A stretch of DNA of 54,395 bases from Gammaproteobacteria bacterium (lineage in GTDB: Bacteria > Pseudomonadota > Gammaproteobacteria > Ga0077536). Position numbers and translations under genes: made by a program. Positions 38,677 to 49,376 of the stretch are shown here, piece by piece. The notes under the pieces were generated by a model, which did not search any database, was not told where the DNA came from, and worked only from the letters and a program-made list of their open reading frames with translations. Every line of letters starts with the position of its first letter. Positions within the stretch are counted from its first letter, which is position 1. The DNA is taken from contig JBLFWZ010000004.1 of assembly GCA_047611905.1 (NCBI GenBank), forward strand, positions 1-54,395. The letters run 5' to 3'.

Positions 38677-39432
38677 CTAGAAAATCCCTTTATGCTGGAC
38701 GCCATCAACCGCTAGCATGGCACCAGATACCCACTGGGCTTTCGGCGAAGCAAGAAATACCACAGCCGCGGCAACTTCTTCCGCGGTCCCCATTCTGCCA
38801 AACGGTATAGACGCTAAAGTCGCATCGTACATGTTGCGGTCGTGCTGCTTAACCATGTCCCAAACACCACCTTCAAATTCGATTGAACCCGGTGCCACCG
38901 TGTTCACGCGAATTTTTTTCTCGGCGAGTTGTGCCGCCATCGTCTTTGCATGAGAAATTAGTCCTGCTTTGACCGCGGCATAGGCCGGCGGCCAGCCACT
39001 TTCCAGGCCCGAGCACGACGATATATGGATAATGGATCCGGATCCTCGTTGTTCCATCCACGGTACCACTTGCCAGCTCGCGCGCACGGTGGCCATCATG
39101 TCGGTGTTGAGGCTTGCTTCCCAGCCGGCTTCGTCATCGGTCATGCCGAAACCAGATGGGTTGTTCACGAGGATGTCGGTCCCACCTAACGCCTCGTTAG
39201 CAGCGTTTAAGAACCCACTGAGCGAGGCCGCATCCGAGACGTCGCAACTCGCGGCGTAGACTTTCACACCGCGAGCTTGCAACTCGGCAGCCGTACTATC
39301 CAACGCCTCTTGGCCGCGTGCGCAAATTGCGACGTTCGCACCTTCGGCTGCGAACTCGAGCGCCGTTGCACGCCCGATGCCGCGACTCGATCCAGTAATG
39401 ATCGCGTTTTTCCCGACTAAACCTAGATCCAT
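38677..39432 (-). CDS. Short-chain dehydrogenase/reductase
   Basis: ATG at 39432 with GGAG RBS; TGSSRGIG, YAAVK, NTVAPG. Confidence 0.93.
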   Translation of the reverse strand: MDLGLVGKNAIITGSSRGIGRATALEFAAEGANVAICARGQEALDSTAAELQARGVKVYAASCDVSDAASLSGFLNAANEALGGTDILVNNPSGFGMTDDEAGWEASLNTDMMATVRASWQVVPWMEQRGSGSIIHISSCSGLESGWPPAYAAVKAGLISHAKTMAAQLAEKKIRVNTVAPGSIEFEGGVWDMVKQHDRNMYDATLASIPFGRMGTAEEVAAAVVFLASPKAQWVSGAMLAVDGVQHKGIF

Positions 39433-39678
39433 GATGGTCTCCTTTTGTAATAGCTGATAACTAAAATTTGTAAACCGAGCGATTCGCCTCTGCACTACAA
39501 AACAGCAGGTTTCATGGCGCGGCATTGTACTATCATCTATCTAATAATAATGGCCGGTCGGGAGATCTCCTACGAGCATCCCTGCCATCCAAGTTCCGGC
39601 AACCCGGAACTCATGGCGGATCAATGTTCTTTCCGTGCAGCGGTTATGCCGCCGTCAAACGAGAGGAAAAAAGTAATT

Positions 39679-40593
39679 ATGTGGATAATTATCACGATAG
39701 CCCTAGTTCTGGTCGTAGGTTGGTTGGCACTACAACTATTTCGTTGGCCACTGTTTAACTTGGCGATGCGCGCACAGCGCCGGCGATCAGGATTAAAAGA
39801 AAAAACCATTCGCGTCGATGGTCACGATGTCATGTATCTCGAAGGGGGCCAAGGTGAACCGCTGGTCTTGCTCCACGGGTTCGGCGCGAATAAAGATAAT
39901 TGGTCGCAGATCGCGCCGTTCCTCGTGCCGCACTATCGTCTCATCATTCCCGATCTCCCAGGCTTTGGCGATTCAACACGCAACGCTGACGCGCGCTATG
40001 GTGTTGATGAGCAACTTGGGCGACTGCAACAGCTGATCGAAAAACTTGAACTCGGAGCGGTTCATCTCGGTGGCAATTCGATGGGCGGATATTTCGCTGG
40101 CCTGTACGCGGCACGCAATGCGGACGCGGTAAAAAGCCAGTGGTTGCTTGCACCCGCGGGTGTCATTAGCGCACAACCCAGCGAATACGCCCGTTGCATA
40201 GAGGCCGGCGAAAACCCGTTGCTGGTTGATACACCGGCAGATTTCGCTCGACTCATCGAAATGTGCTTTACGAAAGTGCCTTACGTACCCAAGGTATTTC
40301 AACGTTGCTTGTGCGAACGGAATGTACGCGAACGCAGTTTCAACGAGAAAATTTTCGACGAACTTTTTGCCGATCCGGTTGGATTGGAAGACGAGCTCAA
40401 TGGATCGCGGACGAAAACGCAGATTCTGTGGGGTGATAACGACCGGATTCTGCATTTTTCCGGGGCGCAATTGCTTGGCAACATCATCCACAACGCCGAG
40501 ACGACTGTAATGGAAAAAATGGGTCACTGCCCAATGCTCGAGCGTCCCGCCGAAACAGCGGCACACTACCTAAAATTTCAAGGCGTGGAATAA
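39679..40593 (+). CDS. Membrane-anchored alpha/beta hydrolase (lipase family V-like)
   Basis: ATG at 39679 with GAGG RBS; N-terminal TM, LHGFG, DLPGFG, GNSMG, GHCP. Confidence 0.9.
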   Translation: MWIIITIALVLVVGWLALQLFRWPLFNLAMRAQRRRSGLKEKTIRVDGHDVMYLEGGQGEPLVLLHGFGANKDNWSQIAPFLVPHYRLIIPDLPGFGDSTRNADARYGVDEQLGRLQQLIEKLELGAVHLGGNSMGGYFAGLYAARNADAVKSQWLLAPAGVISAQPSEYARCIEAGENPLLVDTPADFARLIEMCFTKVPYVPKVFQRCLCERNVRERSFNEKIFDELFADPVGLEDELNGSRTKTQILWGDNDRILHFSGAQLLGNIIHNAETTVMEKMGHCPMLERPAETAAHYLKFQGVE

Positions 40594-40612
40594 GCGCGAG
40601 GCATCAATCCCC

Positions 40613-41875
40613 ATGTCCGTATCATTCAGTCGCTTCGCCGAAGCGGTCAAACCCGAAGGGGCGTTTGAAGTTCTCGCGCTCGCGAAAAATTTAATCGCTA
40701 ACGGCAAACACGTCATCGAGCTCGAAATCGGTGATAGTCCGTTTGCCACACCAGCAGCGGCGGTTACGGCCTGCTTTGCGGCAATAGAGCAAGGCAATAC
40801 GCACTATGCACCATCGAGCGGGCTACTCGAGTTTCGCGAAGCCGCAAGCGAATACGTGAATCGTGAATTCAATTTGCAAACCAGTGCGGAGCATATCGTC
40901 GCCGGACCTGGGGCCAAAACATTTCAAACTCTATTCGCCGAAAGTTTCTTAAACGCCAACGATGGCGTTTTAGTATTTAGCCCTTACTTTCCTACATACG
41001 CGACAAGCATCGAGCGTCGCGGTGCGCGCATGGTGCTATCGGCGCTCAGGCAAGCACGGCGCTTTCGACCAAATATCGATGACGTGGAGAATTTTCTACG
41101 CCACGATCCTTCGCCAAAAGCGATTTACTTAAATAGTCCGCATAACCCCACCGGAGGAATTGCGATGCGGGAGGATTTGGCAGCGATTGCGAATTTAGTT
41201 CGCGGCCGTGACACTGCGGTTTTTTGCGACGAACCGTATGACCAAATGGCGTGGACTGACAAACACCATTCTTTGCTAGCCGAACCTGGCATGTTGGACC
41301 AATGTGTTGGTGCCTATACATTCAGTAAATCGTTTTCTATGAGCGGTTGGCGATTGGGGTTCTCCGTCAGTTCTGACTCGACCGCACTGATGCTCGCGAA
41401 ACTTACCAATACAACCTTGTCCTGCGTACCACCGTTCGTGCAATTGGCTGGAGCGGCCGCATTACGTTCGGCGCTCGGCGAACGCGATGCAATGATGCTG
41501 GAATTTCGCACCAAGGTTTTCGACCTCGTAGGGCGACTGAATAAGATCCCCGATGTAACATGCCTTGAGCCAGGTGGCAGCTTCTACGCCTTCCCTTGTG
41601 TCGCGGAAATTTGCAACCGGCATCACATTACATCGCACGGACTTGCGATGTACCTACTCGAAGGCGCTGACGAGAATCGGGGCGTTGCGTGCGTGGGCGG
41701 CGAATGTTTCGGTGACGCGGGGGGTGGTTTTTTGCGCCTGAGTTGCTCGGAGCCAGCGGCGCGGATCGTTGAAGCGGTCGATTTTATTGAAGCCAGCTTC
41801 TTGGCGAGCGACCGGCTCGCGCATTACCTGCATGAAAAACCGCAATTTCGATTGCTCAACCCCTACGTCGTTTAG
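40613..41875 (+). CDS. PLP-dependent aminotransferase class I/II
   Basis: NSPHNPTG, DEPY, FSKSFSMSGWRLG, GSFYAFP. Confidence 0.93.
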   Translation: MSVSFSRFAEAVKPEGAFEVLALAKNLIANGKHVIELEIGDSPFATPAAAVTACFAAIEQGNTHYAPSSGLLEFREAASEYVNREFNLQTSAEHIVAGPGAKTFQTLFAESFLNANDGVLVFSPYFPTYATSIERRGARMVLSALRQARRFRPNIDDVENFLRHDPSPKAIYLNSPHNPTGGIAMREDLAAIANLVRGRDTAVFCDEPYDQMAWTDKHHSLLAEPGMLDQCVGAYTFSKSFSMSGWRLGFSVSSDSTALMLAKLTNTTLSCVPPFVQLAGAAALRSALGERDAMMLEFRTKVFDLVGRLNKIPDVTCLEPGGSFYAFPCVAEICNRHHITSHGLAMYLLEGADENRGVACVGGECFGDAGGGFLRLSCSEPAARIVEAVDFIEASFLASDRLAHYLHEKPQFRLLNPYVV

Positions 41876-41975
41876 CGAGCAACAAGATACCTCGCCCACT
41901 GACTACGTGCAGGTCGATCGTCACTTGCTCGGCATTCGTTTGGCGATACCCTTCATAGCCTCTAAACCGATGTAC

Positions 41976-42157
41976 TAGGGCCTGTTGCTCTTTCGTACAA
42001 GTCCCTGCTGAAGCCAGATTGGGGTCCAGCAAGGCAGAGCAAGCGTTGTGTAGCCGAGCTACATGAACGCGCGACGACGACGCTGGACGCCGATCTGGCC
42101 TCAGCCCTACCGGTTGCACGGGCGACAGCGACTTGTACGAAAGATCAACAGGCCCTA
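41976..42157. mobile_element. MITE with ~28-bp terminal inverted repeats and TA flanks
   Basis: TAGGGCCTGTTGCTCTTTCGTACAAGTC ... GACTTGTACGAAAGATCAACAGGCCCTA (1 mismatch); interior also self-complementary. Confidence 0.88.
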
Positions 42158-43341
42158 ATCAGACGTTCGATTTCGTTGTGCATCCGCGAATCTAGTGCAA
42201 CTTGGTCATCCCGAGCGTGACGCGCCGCGAACGCGGCAGCTGCGCCCCGATAACGTTTATCAGACAACACTTGGCGAACTCCGGCCAGCATTTGCTTTTC
42301 GTTGCCGTAATCCACGATTACACCCGCGCCAAAGGCGCGCACGGCCTCGGCAACAAGACGTTGTTCCGGGTGCAGAGGTGCCAGCACACATGGCACACCT
42401 GCCAGTAGAAATTGCGCCATCGTCGTATGAGTCGCGTTAAGCAGCGCGAAGTCTGCAGTATTCGCGACGGCATTTAGGTCCAGTATTTCACTCGTAAAGT
42501 GGATCTTGTCGCTACTGGCCTGATCGACGATGTGGCGCGGCAAATTGCTGTGATAGACCAGCATGGAAACAGATGAAGCGTTAATGCCGACAAAGAACTC
42601 TGCGAGACGCGGACCAGGTTTTAAATACGCATAGAACCGTGGACCCGGTGCGCTAGGCCAAACTGGCGCGGCGCCACAAGCTTCTATTGGAATCCCGTAA
42701 TAGGTGAAATTTGGACGCTCACCGTAATGGTCGAATTCCGGAAAAGTGATCAAGAAATTCCCGACGGCAGAGGCGTAGAGATCGCACGCGAAGCGCAATG
42801 GCGGTTTCTCATAACGCGCGAGTAGCGCATTGATGTTGCTGCAAATAGTCCTCTCGCATTGCTCTAACGACGCTGCGGCGGTGCGATTTAAATGAGGTCG
42901 AAAGCTCGGCAAAGGTTGATCAAACAATGGTAACTCGAAGCCAGTGCCTACTGTGATACATCTTATTCCGGCAGTTAGCGCGGCAAGTACCGCAGTCGGA
43001 CTATGGTCCGCAATCACAACATCGATTTTTGAAGCGTCGAACAACGCATGCCACGCACGGACTAATGCCAAAAGCCCGTCCTCGGAACCGAAGCCGACAT
43101 TATTGAGAACGTGTGCCAAACCCACGGTCGGTTGAATCGCTTCGCTACTCGGACCGAATTGAAACGGTGCTTGATAAACTCGATTCAAGTTGTCGCCGAA
43201 CAAAGCGCCGACAGGCCTGAGAACTCTCGACGCCAAATTGACGTCGTGTCCCGTGCCGCGTAGATACGCGGCGATGGGCGCTAAACGTCGGAGGTGACCG
43301 AGGCCTGCTCCGAGCTCCCAGCAACACAGAATATTCGCCAT
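42145..43341 (-). CDS. GT-B fold glycosyltransferase (UDP-glycosyltransferase-like)
   Basis: WELGAGLGHL, DHSPTA, LLAGVP.VLAP...EQ motifs; stop codon lies inside the MITE. Confidence 0.82.
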   Translation of the reverse strand: MANILCCWELGAGLGHLRRLAPIAAYLRGTGHDVNLASRVLRPVGALFGDNLNRVYQAPFQFGPSSEAIQPTVGLAHVLNNVGFGSEDGLLALVRAWHALFDASKIDVVIADHSPTAVLAALTAGIRCITVGTGFELPLFDQPLPSFRPHLNRTAAASLEQCERTICSNINALLARYEKPPLRFACDLYASAVGNFLITFPEFDHYGERPNFTYYGIPIEACGAAPVWPSAPGPRFYAYLKPGPRLAEFFVGINASSVSMLVYHSNLPRHIVDQASSDKIHFTSEILDLNAVANTADFALLNATHTTMAQFLLAGVPCVLAPLHPEQRLVAEAVRAFGAGVIVDYGNEKQMLAGVRQVLSDKRYRGAAAAFAARHARDDQVALDSRMHNEIERLIRAC

Positions 43342-43415
43342 GACAGATTTACTAATCGATTCCGGCTAGATAAGTTCGATCAAATTTATCACAGATCGAT
43401 CGCATGAATTAGATG

Positions 43416-44303
43416 CTAGACAGCTTCGTGCGGGCGATTAACCAGCGCGATCCACGACAACATCGCCAAGGCCAAAATGATTAAGACCATACCGACGGTC
43501 TCATTTGGATTCATGCGATCGCCGAGGTGGTAGGCCGATGAGGCTGTCGCAAAAACGGGGATTGCGAGTAACGCAATACTGGCGACGCCAGCGGACAGAC
43601 GCTGTAACAAATAAAACCACACAACCCAGCCGAGCCCTGACGGCAGGACTGCGGTGAATACCAGTACGCCGAGGAATTGGGGTGTCCAAACGGTTGGCGG
43701 TTCACCGCTGGTTAGAGCAATTGGGATCAAGACAATCGATCCGAACAGCAACTGCCAAGCCGTCAACGAGATAAGATCGACATCTCCGTGACGTTGCATT
43801 CGTTTGACAATGATGGCGCTTGCGGCCCACGCGAGGCCAGCAAGCAAAGCGATCAGCTTACTTTGGACAGAGCCGCTTAGAGCCCAAGGTTCTAGTATAG
43901 ACAGCAAGCCCCCGGCCGCTAGACCGACCGCCCAATACTGCGCCGTGACCATGCGCTCGCCGAGCAGGAATGCTGCAAACAGGATTGTCCAAAACGGCAT
44001 AGTGAAAACGAGTATGGCGCTGCTTCCCACGCCACCATCCACCAAAGATAATTGAGAGCAGGTCACGAAAATCGAGGTTTGGACGAGCCCAAGCATGATT
44101 GTCTCTGGGATCCTAACCGGTCGGAGCCGGCGGCCAAGCATGGGCAATACCGCTAATAGAACGACCGCCGCCAAAAATGTACGTTGAGCCGCGAATGTAA
44201 TTGGACCCGCATTGGCCAATGCGATTTTCATCATCACCCAGCTGTAACCCCAAATTACGATCAGGAATAAATAGGCCAGCGGTACGAAGCCGCGAAACCT
44301 CAA
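43416..44303 (-). CDS. EamA/DMT family transporter
   Basis: IWGYSW, two ~140-aa repeats, about 10 TMs, FTMPFW, LLGER. Confidence 0.92.
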   Translation of the reverse strand: MRFRGFVPLAYLFLIVIWGYSWVMMKIALANAGPITFAAQRTFLAAVVLLAVLPMLGRRLRPVRIPETIMLGLVQTSIFVTCSQLSLVDGGVGSSAILVFTMPFWTILFAAFLLGERMVTAQYWAVGLAAGGLLSILEPWALSGSVQSKLIALLAGLAWAASAIIVKRMQRHGDVDLISLTAWQLLFGSIVLIPIALTSGEPPTVWTPQFLGVLVFTAVLPSGLGWVVWFYLLQRLSAGVASIALLAIPVFATASSAYHLGDRMNPNETVGMVLIILALAMLSWIALVNRPHEAV

Positions 44304-44411
44304 AGGTTTCTCCTGCCTGGTTGGGGCGATGAACTAATGTTGTGTGTAGGGCACGATGCCGCATTCGAATACGCGACCGCTCGAGCGCACGCAGGCATCG
44401 CTAGTTGTTGG

Positions 44412-45644
44412 TCATCCAAAAGCGGGGCCAGTGAATTGACTCGCGCGTCGCTCTTCTAGTGGCCAATGTAAAAAAGTGGCAATTACCGACAACCCAATGG
44501 CTAATAGCCACATGGAATCATAGGAGCCGGTCCGTTCAAATAGATATCCGCCCAGCCAGACACCGACAAAAGCGCCGAGTTGATGGGCCATAAACACGAA
44601 GCCGAATAAAGTTCCAAGATATCGCGTGCCAAACATAACAGCGACCAATCCCGAGGTCAGCGGAACCGTAGACAACCACAACAATCCTAAAGTCGCGGCA
44701 AACAACAAGACCGCTGTGTCCGACTTGCTCGATACTAGAAAAACGGCGATGACTATCGCACGTGCGGCGTAAATTGCGCTTAACAGAATTCTCTTGCTGT
44801 AGCGCCCCCCGAAAATCCCCGCACTAAAGGCGCCAAAAATATTAAACAAGCCGATTAAGCTAAGCGCCCACGCCGCCAAACTAGAACTGATGCCAATATC
44901 GCTAAGATACGGTGGAAAATGCACCATTATAAACGACACATGGAAGCCGCAAACGAAAAAGCCACTGACAAGCAGCACATAGCTGCGGTGACCAAACGCT
45001 GCATACACGGCCCCTTTAAATGATAACGGTGGTACAACATCCACGGTACGACGTGGGGAATCGGCCGCAAACGGCACCGCTAACACGATGACCGTAAGCA
45101 CCGTTGCGGCCATACACCACAGCGCCACCGGCCAGCCGTAATTTGCGATAAATCCCTGACCTATCGGCGCAAACAGGAACTGCCCCACGCTGCCAGCTGC
45201 AGTAGCTATGCCAAGCGCAGTAGAACGCCGAGCGGCGGGCATGAGTCGACCAAGGGCTGCAATGACGACAGGAAAACCGACACCAGACAGTGACATTCCG
45301 ACCAACAACCCGGCCGTGAGGTAAAGAGATTGCGGTGTTGTACACAGCGGAATAAGGGCGAGCCCCAAGGCGTATCCGCAGGCGCCGATGACAATAACTC
45401 GACGACAACCGTAACGATCAGCCAAGGCACCGGCAGCCGGCTGCAGCAAGCCCCACACCAGGTGTTGAATTCCAATCGCCAACGCGACAACGTCCCGACC
45501 CCAGCCGTTGCTGAGCGAAATCGGATCAGTGAATAAGCCGAGCGTACTGCGCGGACCGAGCACGAGAATTGCTATGAGGCTTGCACTGAGGACGATTAAG
45601 TTAGGTCGATTGATCCAATAATCGCGGGCGGGATCTGGAGTCAC
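44412..45644 (-). CDS. MFS transporter
   Basis: GALADRYGCRR motif A, about 12 TMs, GFFVCGFHV, HQLGAF.G. Confidence 0.93.
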   Translation of the reverse strand: MTPDPARDYWINRPNLIVLSASLIAILVLGPRSTLGLFTDPISLSNGWGRDVVALAIGIQHLVWGLLQPAAGALADRYGCRRVIVIGACGYALGLALIPLCTTPQSLYLTAGLLVGMSLSGVGFPVVIAALGRLMPAARRSTALGIATAAGSVGQFLFAPIGQGFIANYGWPVALWCMAATVLTVIVLAVPFAADSPRRTVDVVPPLSFKGAVYAAFGHRSYVLLVSGFFVCGFHVSFIMVHFPPYLSDIGISSSLAAWALSLIGLFNIFGAFSAGIFGGRYSKRILLSAIYAARAIVIAVFLVSSKSDTAVLLFAATLGLLWLSTVPLTSGLVAVMFGTRYLGTLFGFVFMAHQLGAFVGVWLGGYLFERTGSYDSMWLLAIGLSVIATFLHWPLEERRASQFTGPAFG

Positions 45645-45822
45645 GATGCGGAAAACGTCTGATAGGTGGGCGAGCGCGCACCCTACGCGAATCCGATTAT
45701 AGTGAATAGCGTTTTGTCACAGCACCGCAACAATAAATTCAATCTCGGGGCAATGCATTGATTTGGCTCCGTGCGGATGCCATCCTAAAGCTCACATTAG
45801 AATTAGATTCGGAGTTAAAAAC

Positions 45823-46836
45823 ATGCGCGTCGGTTATTTTCCTTGCACCCAAGATGCACCCAACGGCGCTAACGTCGCCACCATGATCGACGAGATCATT
45901 GAACAGGCTAAAATGTGCGAATCGGTGGGGTTCGACGGTTTCTTTTTCACCGAACACCATCAGCAAGAAGACGCCTACCTCCCGGCACCAGTGTTAATGG
46001 CCGGCCTCGTCGGCATGCATACCACGACATTGAATGTCGGAACCTGCGTTTTACTAATGCCGCTGTACCATCCGATCCGACTTGCAGAAGACATCGCGGT
46101 AATTGATCAGGCGACAAAAGGCCGTTTCTTGGCTGCAGCCGCCGGCATCGGCTATCAACCGGCAGATTTCGAGGCGTTTGGCGTGCGCCAATCGCAGCGT
46201 GTAAGGCGTACTGAAGAAGGCGTTGATATCTTGCGACACGCCTGGAGTGGCGACACGTTTAGCTACCCAAGTAAGTATCACACGATAGAAAACGTGCGCG
46301 TTACCCCGCGGCCCTACCAAGACGGTGGCCCGCCAATCTGGTTGGCCGGTTGGTCACCACCGGGTTTGGCCCGAGCCGGGCGCATGGCCGATGCGTGGAT
46401 CGCAGATCCTATCCAGTCGATCTCAGTGATCAAGGATTACGCAGATCAGTACCGTGCCGAAGCCAAAAAACATGGCCGCGACCCGTCGATTATATTAATG
46501 CGTGACTGTGTCATCGGCTCGAGCCGCGAAGATACTATCGCCAAAAGCAAACCAACCATGGATACGCACCGTTGGTACTACGAATTTGGCGGCTATATTC
46601 AAGACGAACACATTAAAGATTTAAAGGGCCCACAAGACCTGACTTTTGAGATTGCGTCCAAAGAACGCTTAATCGCCGGCACCCCGGAAGAATGCCTAGA
46701 ACAATTATCGATGTGGTCCGAAGTTGTGCAACCCGATTACTTAATGTTGCGCATGCGTCAAGCAGGCGGACCGCCGCAATCTGAGGCATTAGAAGACATC
46801 CGTTTGTTTGGCGAAAAAGTCATTCCGAAACTGTAA
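45823..46836 (+). CDS. LLM-class flavin-dependent oxidoreductase
   Basis: ATG at 45823 with GGAG RBS; FTEHH, PLYHPIRLAEDIAVID, TPRPYQ..PPIWLAG. Confidence 0.9.
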   Translation: MRVGYFPCTQDAPNGANVATMIDEIIEQAKMCESVGFDGFFFTEHHQQEDAYLPAPVLMAGLVGMHTTTLNVGTCVLLMPLYHPIRLAEDIAVIDQATKGRFLAAAAGIGYQPADFEAFGVRQSQRVRRTEEGVDILRHAWSGDTFSYPSKYHTIENVRVTPRPYQDGGPPIWLAGWSPPGLARAGRMADAWIADPIQSISVIKDYADQYRAEAKKHGRDPSIILMRDCVIGSSREDTIAKSKPTMDTHRWYYEFGGYIQDEHIKDLKGPQDLTFEIASKERLIAGTPEECLEQLSMWSEVVQPDYLMLRMRQAGGPPQSEALEDIRLFGEKVIPKL

Positions 46837-46849
46837 TGCGACAAATTTC

Positions 46850-47275
46850 ATGAATGATGATGTCAGCCAAATCGTACCGTTATACGGCATCGGCGATGCG
46901 TCTTATCAAGCGGCGGGTGGCGACACTGGCATCCGTCGCTTGGTTGATGCATTTTACGATGACATGGAAACCTCACAACAAGCAAAAATAGTCCGTGGCA
47001 TGCACCCTGACGATTTAACGACGTCGCGGGATAAACTTGCGCGGTTTTTGTGCGGTTGGTTAAACGGTCCGAACCGCTACAACGAAAAATATGGGACGAT
47101 AAGCATCCCGGCCGCGCATGCCCATTTAACAATCAGCTCGGCGGAACGCGATGCTTGGCTAAATTGTATGGAACGCGCGATCAGTGCGCAGCCTTACCAA
47201 AACGATTTCAAAACGTATCTATTGAATCAACTTAAAGTACCGGCCAATCGGGTCACCCAGGACGAGTCGTCTTAA
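46850..47275 (+). CDS. Group II truncated hemoglobin (GlbO-like)
   Basis: GG..GIRRLVDAFY, KLARFLCGWLNGP..Y, AHAHL, ERDAWL.CM; ATG at 46850. Confidence 0.9.
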   Translation: MNDDVSQIVPLYGIGDASYQAAGGDTGIRRLVDAFYDDMETSQQAKIVRGMHPDDLTTSRDKLARFLCGWLNGPNRYNEKYGTISIPAAHAHLTISSAERDAWLNCMERAISAQPYQNDFKTYLLNQLKVPANRVTQDESS

Positions 47276-47305
47276 ATTACGATTAAGGATGCTTGCGTTA
47301 AGAGA

Positions 47306-47701
47306 ATGAAAACGACGATAAGGCTTGCCCTGTCCGCCGCACTACTTTCTTTTTCGGCAATCGCCGTCGGCTACTCCGCTTATGGCCTTGGGCAGCTAGA
47401 GTGTAAGACCTACCTTGATAGACGCGGTGAAGATCAGGAAAAGCACGATGTGACAAATACATCGTACATTCACGCTTATTTATCCGGCTACCTGACGGCA
47501 GGAAATACCATGCATGGTCTCGTCGGGGACACCGCGAAAGATGTATCAATAGACATTCACAAAATGGTGCAGTGGCTGGATGCGTGGTGTTTAAAAAACA
47601 CGACAACGTCCGTATCGGTAGCCTTAGAATCATTTTGGGTTGAAGCGGCGAAAGCTAAAGAACAACTACGACGCACGAACCCTACGCAAAACCGTCGATA
47701 A
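47306..47701 (+). CDS. Small secreted helical two-Cys protein (HdeA/Rap1a-like pattern)
   Basis: Signal peptide; G...C..YL, GYLTA.N, WLD.WC..N; AAGGA upstream. Confidence 0.65.
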   Translation: MKTTIRLALSAALLSFSAIAVGYSAYGLGQLECKTYLDRRGEDQEKHDVTNTSYIHAYLSGYLTAGNTMHGLVGDTAKDVSIDIHKMVQWLDAWCLKNTTTSVSVALESFWVEAAKAKEQLRRTNPTQNRR

Positions 47702-47787
47702 TTAAGCACCGATATGAACGCGGCGCGCGCCGGGATCGTCGGTTAAAATCAATCATCTCTGTACAGTTATATAAGGAACCGGTTGCA

Positions 47788-49368
47788 ATGAATGGCGCTG
47801 AAGCCCTACTTAAAACGCTGGTCGACGCGGGAATTGAAATTTGTTTCGCGAACCCCGGAACCTCAGAAATGCATCTCGTGTCGGCCATCGGCCGCTCGGA
47901 CGAAGTCCGCCCCATATTGTGTTTGTTTGAAGGCGTCGTAACCGGTGCCGCCGATGGTTATGCGCGCATGGCGGACAAACCAGCGATCACTTTGCTGCAT
48001 CTCGGGCCGGGCCTCGCCAATGGCATGGCCAATCTCCACAACGCGAAAAAAGCCCATATACCGATGGTGAATATTGTCGGTGATCATGCGCCGTATCACC
48101 TGCCGCACAACGCACCACTAACGTCCGATGTAACCGCCCACGCGAAGATCAATTCTGCCTGGGTAAAAACATCGACCTCGGCGGATAACCTAGCAAAACT
48201 CGGCGCAACCGCCGTTCAGAAAGCCAGTGTCGGTACTGGCCGAGTTGCGACTTTAATCGCGGCAGCAAATCACGCTTGGGAACCAGCAGAAAAATCTTAT
48301 CGCGCGCTTAAACCTAAGAAATTGCCAACGGTGTCTGCTGATGTCGTGGGTGCTGTCGCGGACTTACTGTGCAATGGCAAAAAAACCGCGATCGTGCTCG
48401 GCGGCCACGCCTTGCGTGAAGATGCGCTTGTCTTAGCGGGACGCATAGCGGAGAAAACGGGCAGCCCCTTGTTCGGCGAAACCTTCCCTACTCGCCACCA
48501 ACGCGGAGCCGGGCGTGTGAACATCGCGCGGGTCCCGTACTTCGCCGAACACGCGTTGGGAGTACTCGGGGAATACGAACAATTTATTTTGATTGGCGCG
48601 GCAACACCGGTCGCGTTTTTCGCCTATCCGGATACGCCCAGCGTGCTTGTTCCGCCAGACTCGAATGTCACAACGCTGGCGAGCATCGACGAAGCTGTGC
48701 TACCTGCATTGAGCGCATTGGCCGACATGCTGGAGGCCGGAGTTGGCTTGGAAAGCCTACAAGACAGGGTATTGCCGAATCCGCCCTCGGGTCCGCTAAC
48801 CGCCGGCACGATCGGCGACACCATTGCATCGCTGCTTCCAGACAATGCGATTATTTCGGATGAAGGGATCACCTGCGCCGCTGAGATATTTGCGCGCACA
48901 GCAAGCGCCGAGCGACACGATTGGTTAGCCATCACCGGCGGCGCAATTGGGCAAGGCTTACCGGTTAGTTTCGGCGCGGCGATAGCCTGTCCCGATCGGA
49001 AGGTCGTGGCCTTACAGGCCGACGGTAGCGCTATGTACACTGTCCAGTCGCTGTGGAGTATGGCGCGCGAGAATACCGATGTTGTGATCGTTTTACTCAA
49101 CAACGATAGCTATGCGATTTTAAATATTGAACTTGCGCGTCTAAAAACCGGCCAACCCAGTGATAAGACCTTATCCATGCTCGACATTGGTCACCCGTCG
49201 CTCGATTGGCAAAGCATCGCCGCCGGCATGAACGTTAAAGCGAGCCGCGCGAACACAGCCGAAGAATTTCATACGCAATTTGGAGCAGCAATGAAAACGA
49301 AAGGACCGCATCTCATTGAGACCGTGATCAAACAAGACATCGCCGCGATCTTCTCTATGGAAAACTAA
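47788..49368 (+). CDS. Thiamine diphosphate enzyme, acetolactate synthase large subunit-like
   Basis: NPGTSEMH, LFEGV.TGAADGY, ADGSAMYT...NN ThDP motif; no small subunit gene nearby. Confidence 0.9.
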   Translation: MNGAEALLKTLVDAGIEICFANPGTSEMHLVSAIGRSDEVRPILCLFEGVVTGAADGYARMADKPAITLLHLGPGLANGMANLHNAKKAHIPMVNIVGDHAPYHLPHNAPLTSDVTAHAKINSAWVKTSTSADNLAKLGATAVQKASVGTGRVATLIAAANHAWEPAEKSYRALKPKKLPTVSADVVGAVADLLCNGKKTAIVLGGHALREDALVLAGRIAEKTGSPLFGETFPTRHQRGAGRVNIARVPYFAEHALGVLGEYEQFILIGAATPVAFFAYPDTPSVLVPPDSNVTTLASIDEAVLPALSALADMLEAGVGLESLQDRVLPNPPSGPLTAGTIGDTIASLLPDNAIISDEGITCAAEIFARTASAERHDWLAITGGAIGQGLPVSFGAAIACPDRKVVALQADGSAMYTVQSLWSMARENTDVVIVLLNNDSYAILNIELARLKTGQPSDKTLSMLDIGHPSLDWQSIAAGMNVKASRANTAEEFHTQFGAAMKTKGPHLIETVIKQDIAAIFSMEN

Positions 49369-49376
49369 AAGCCTGC

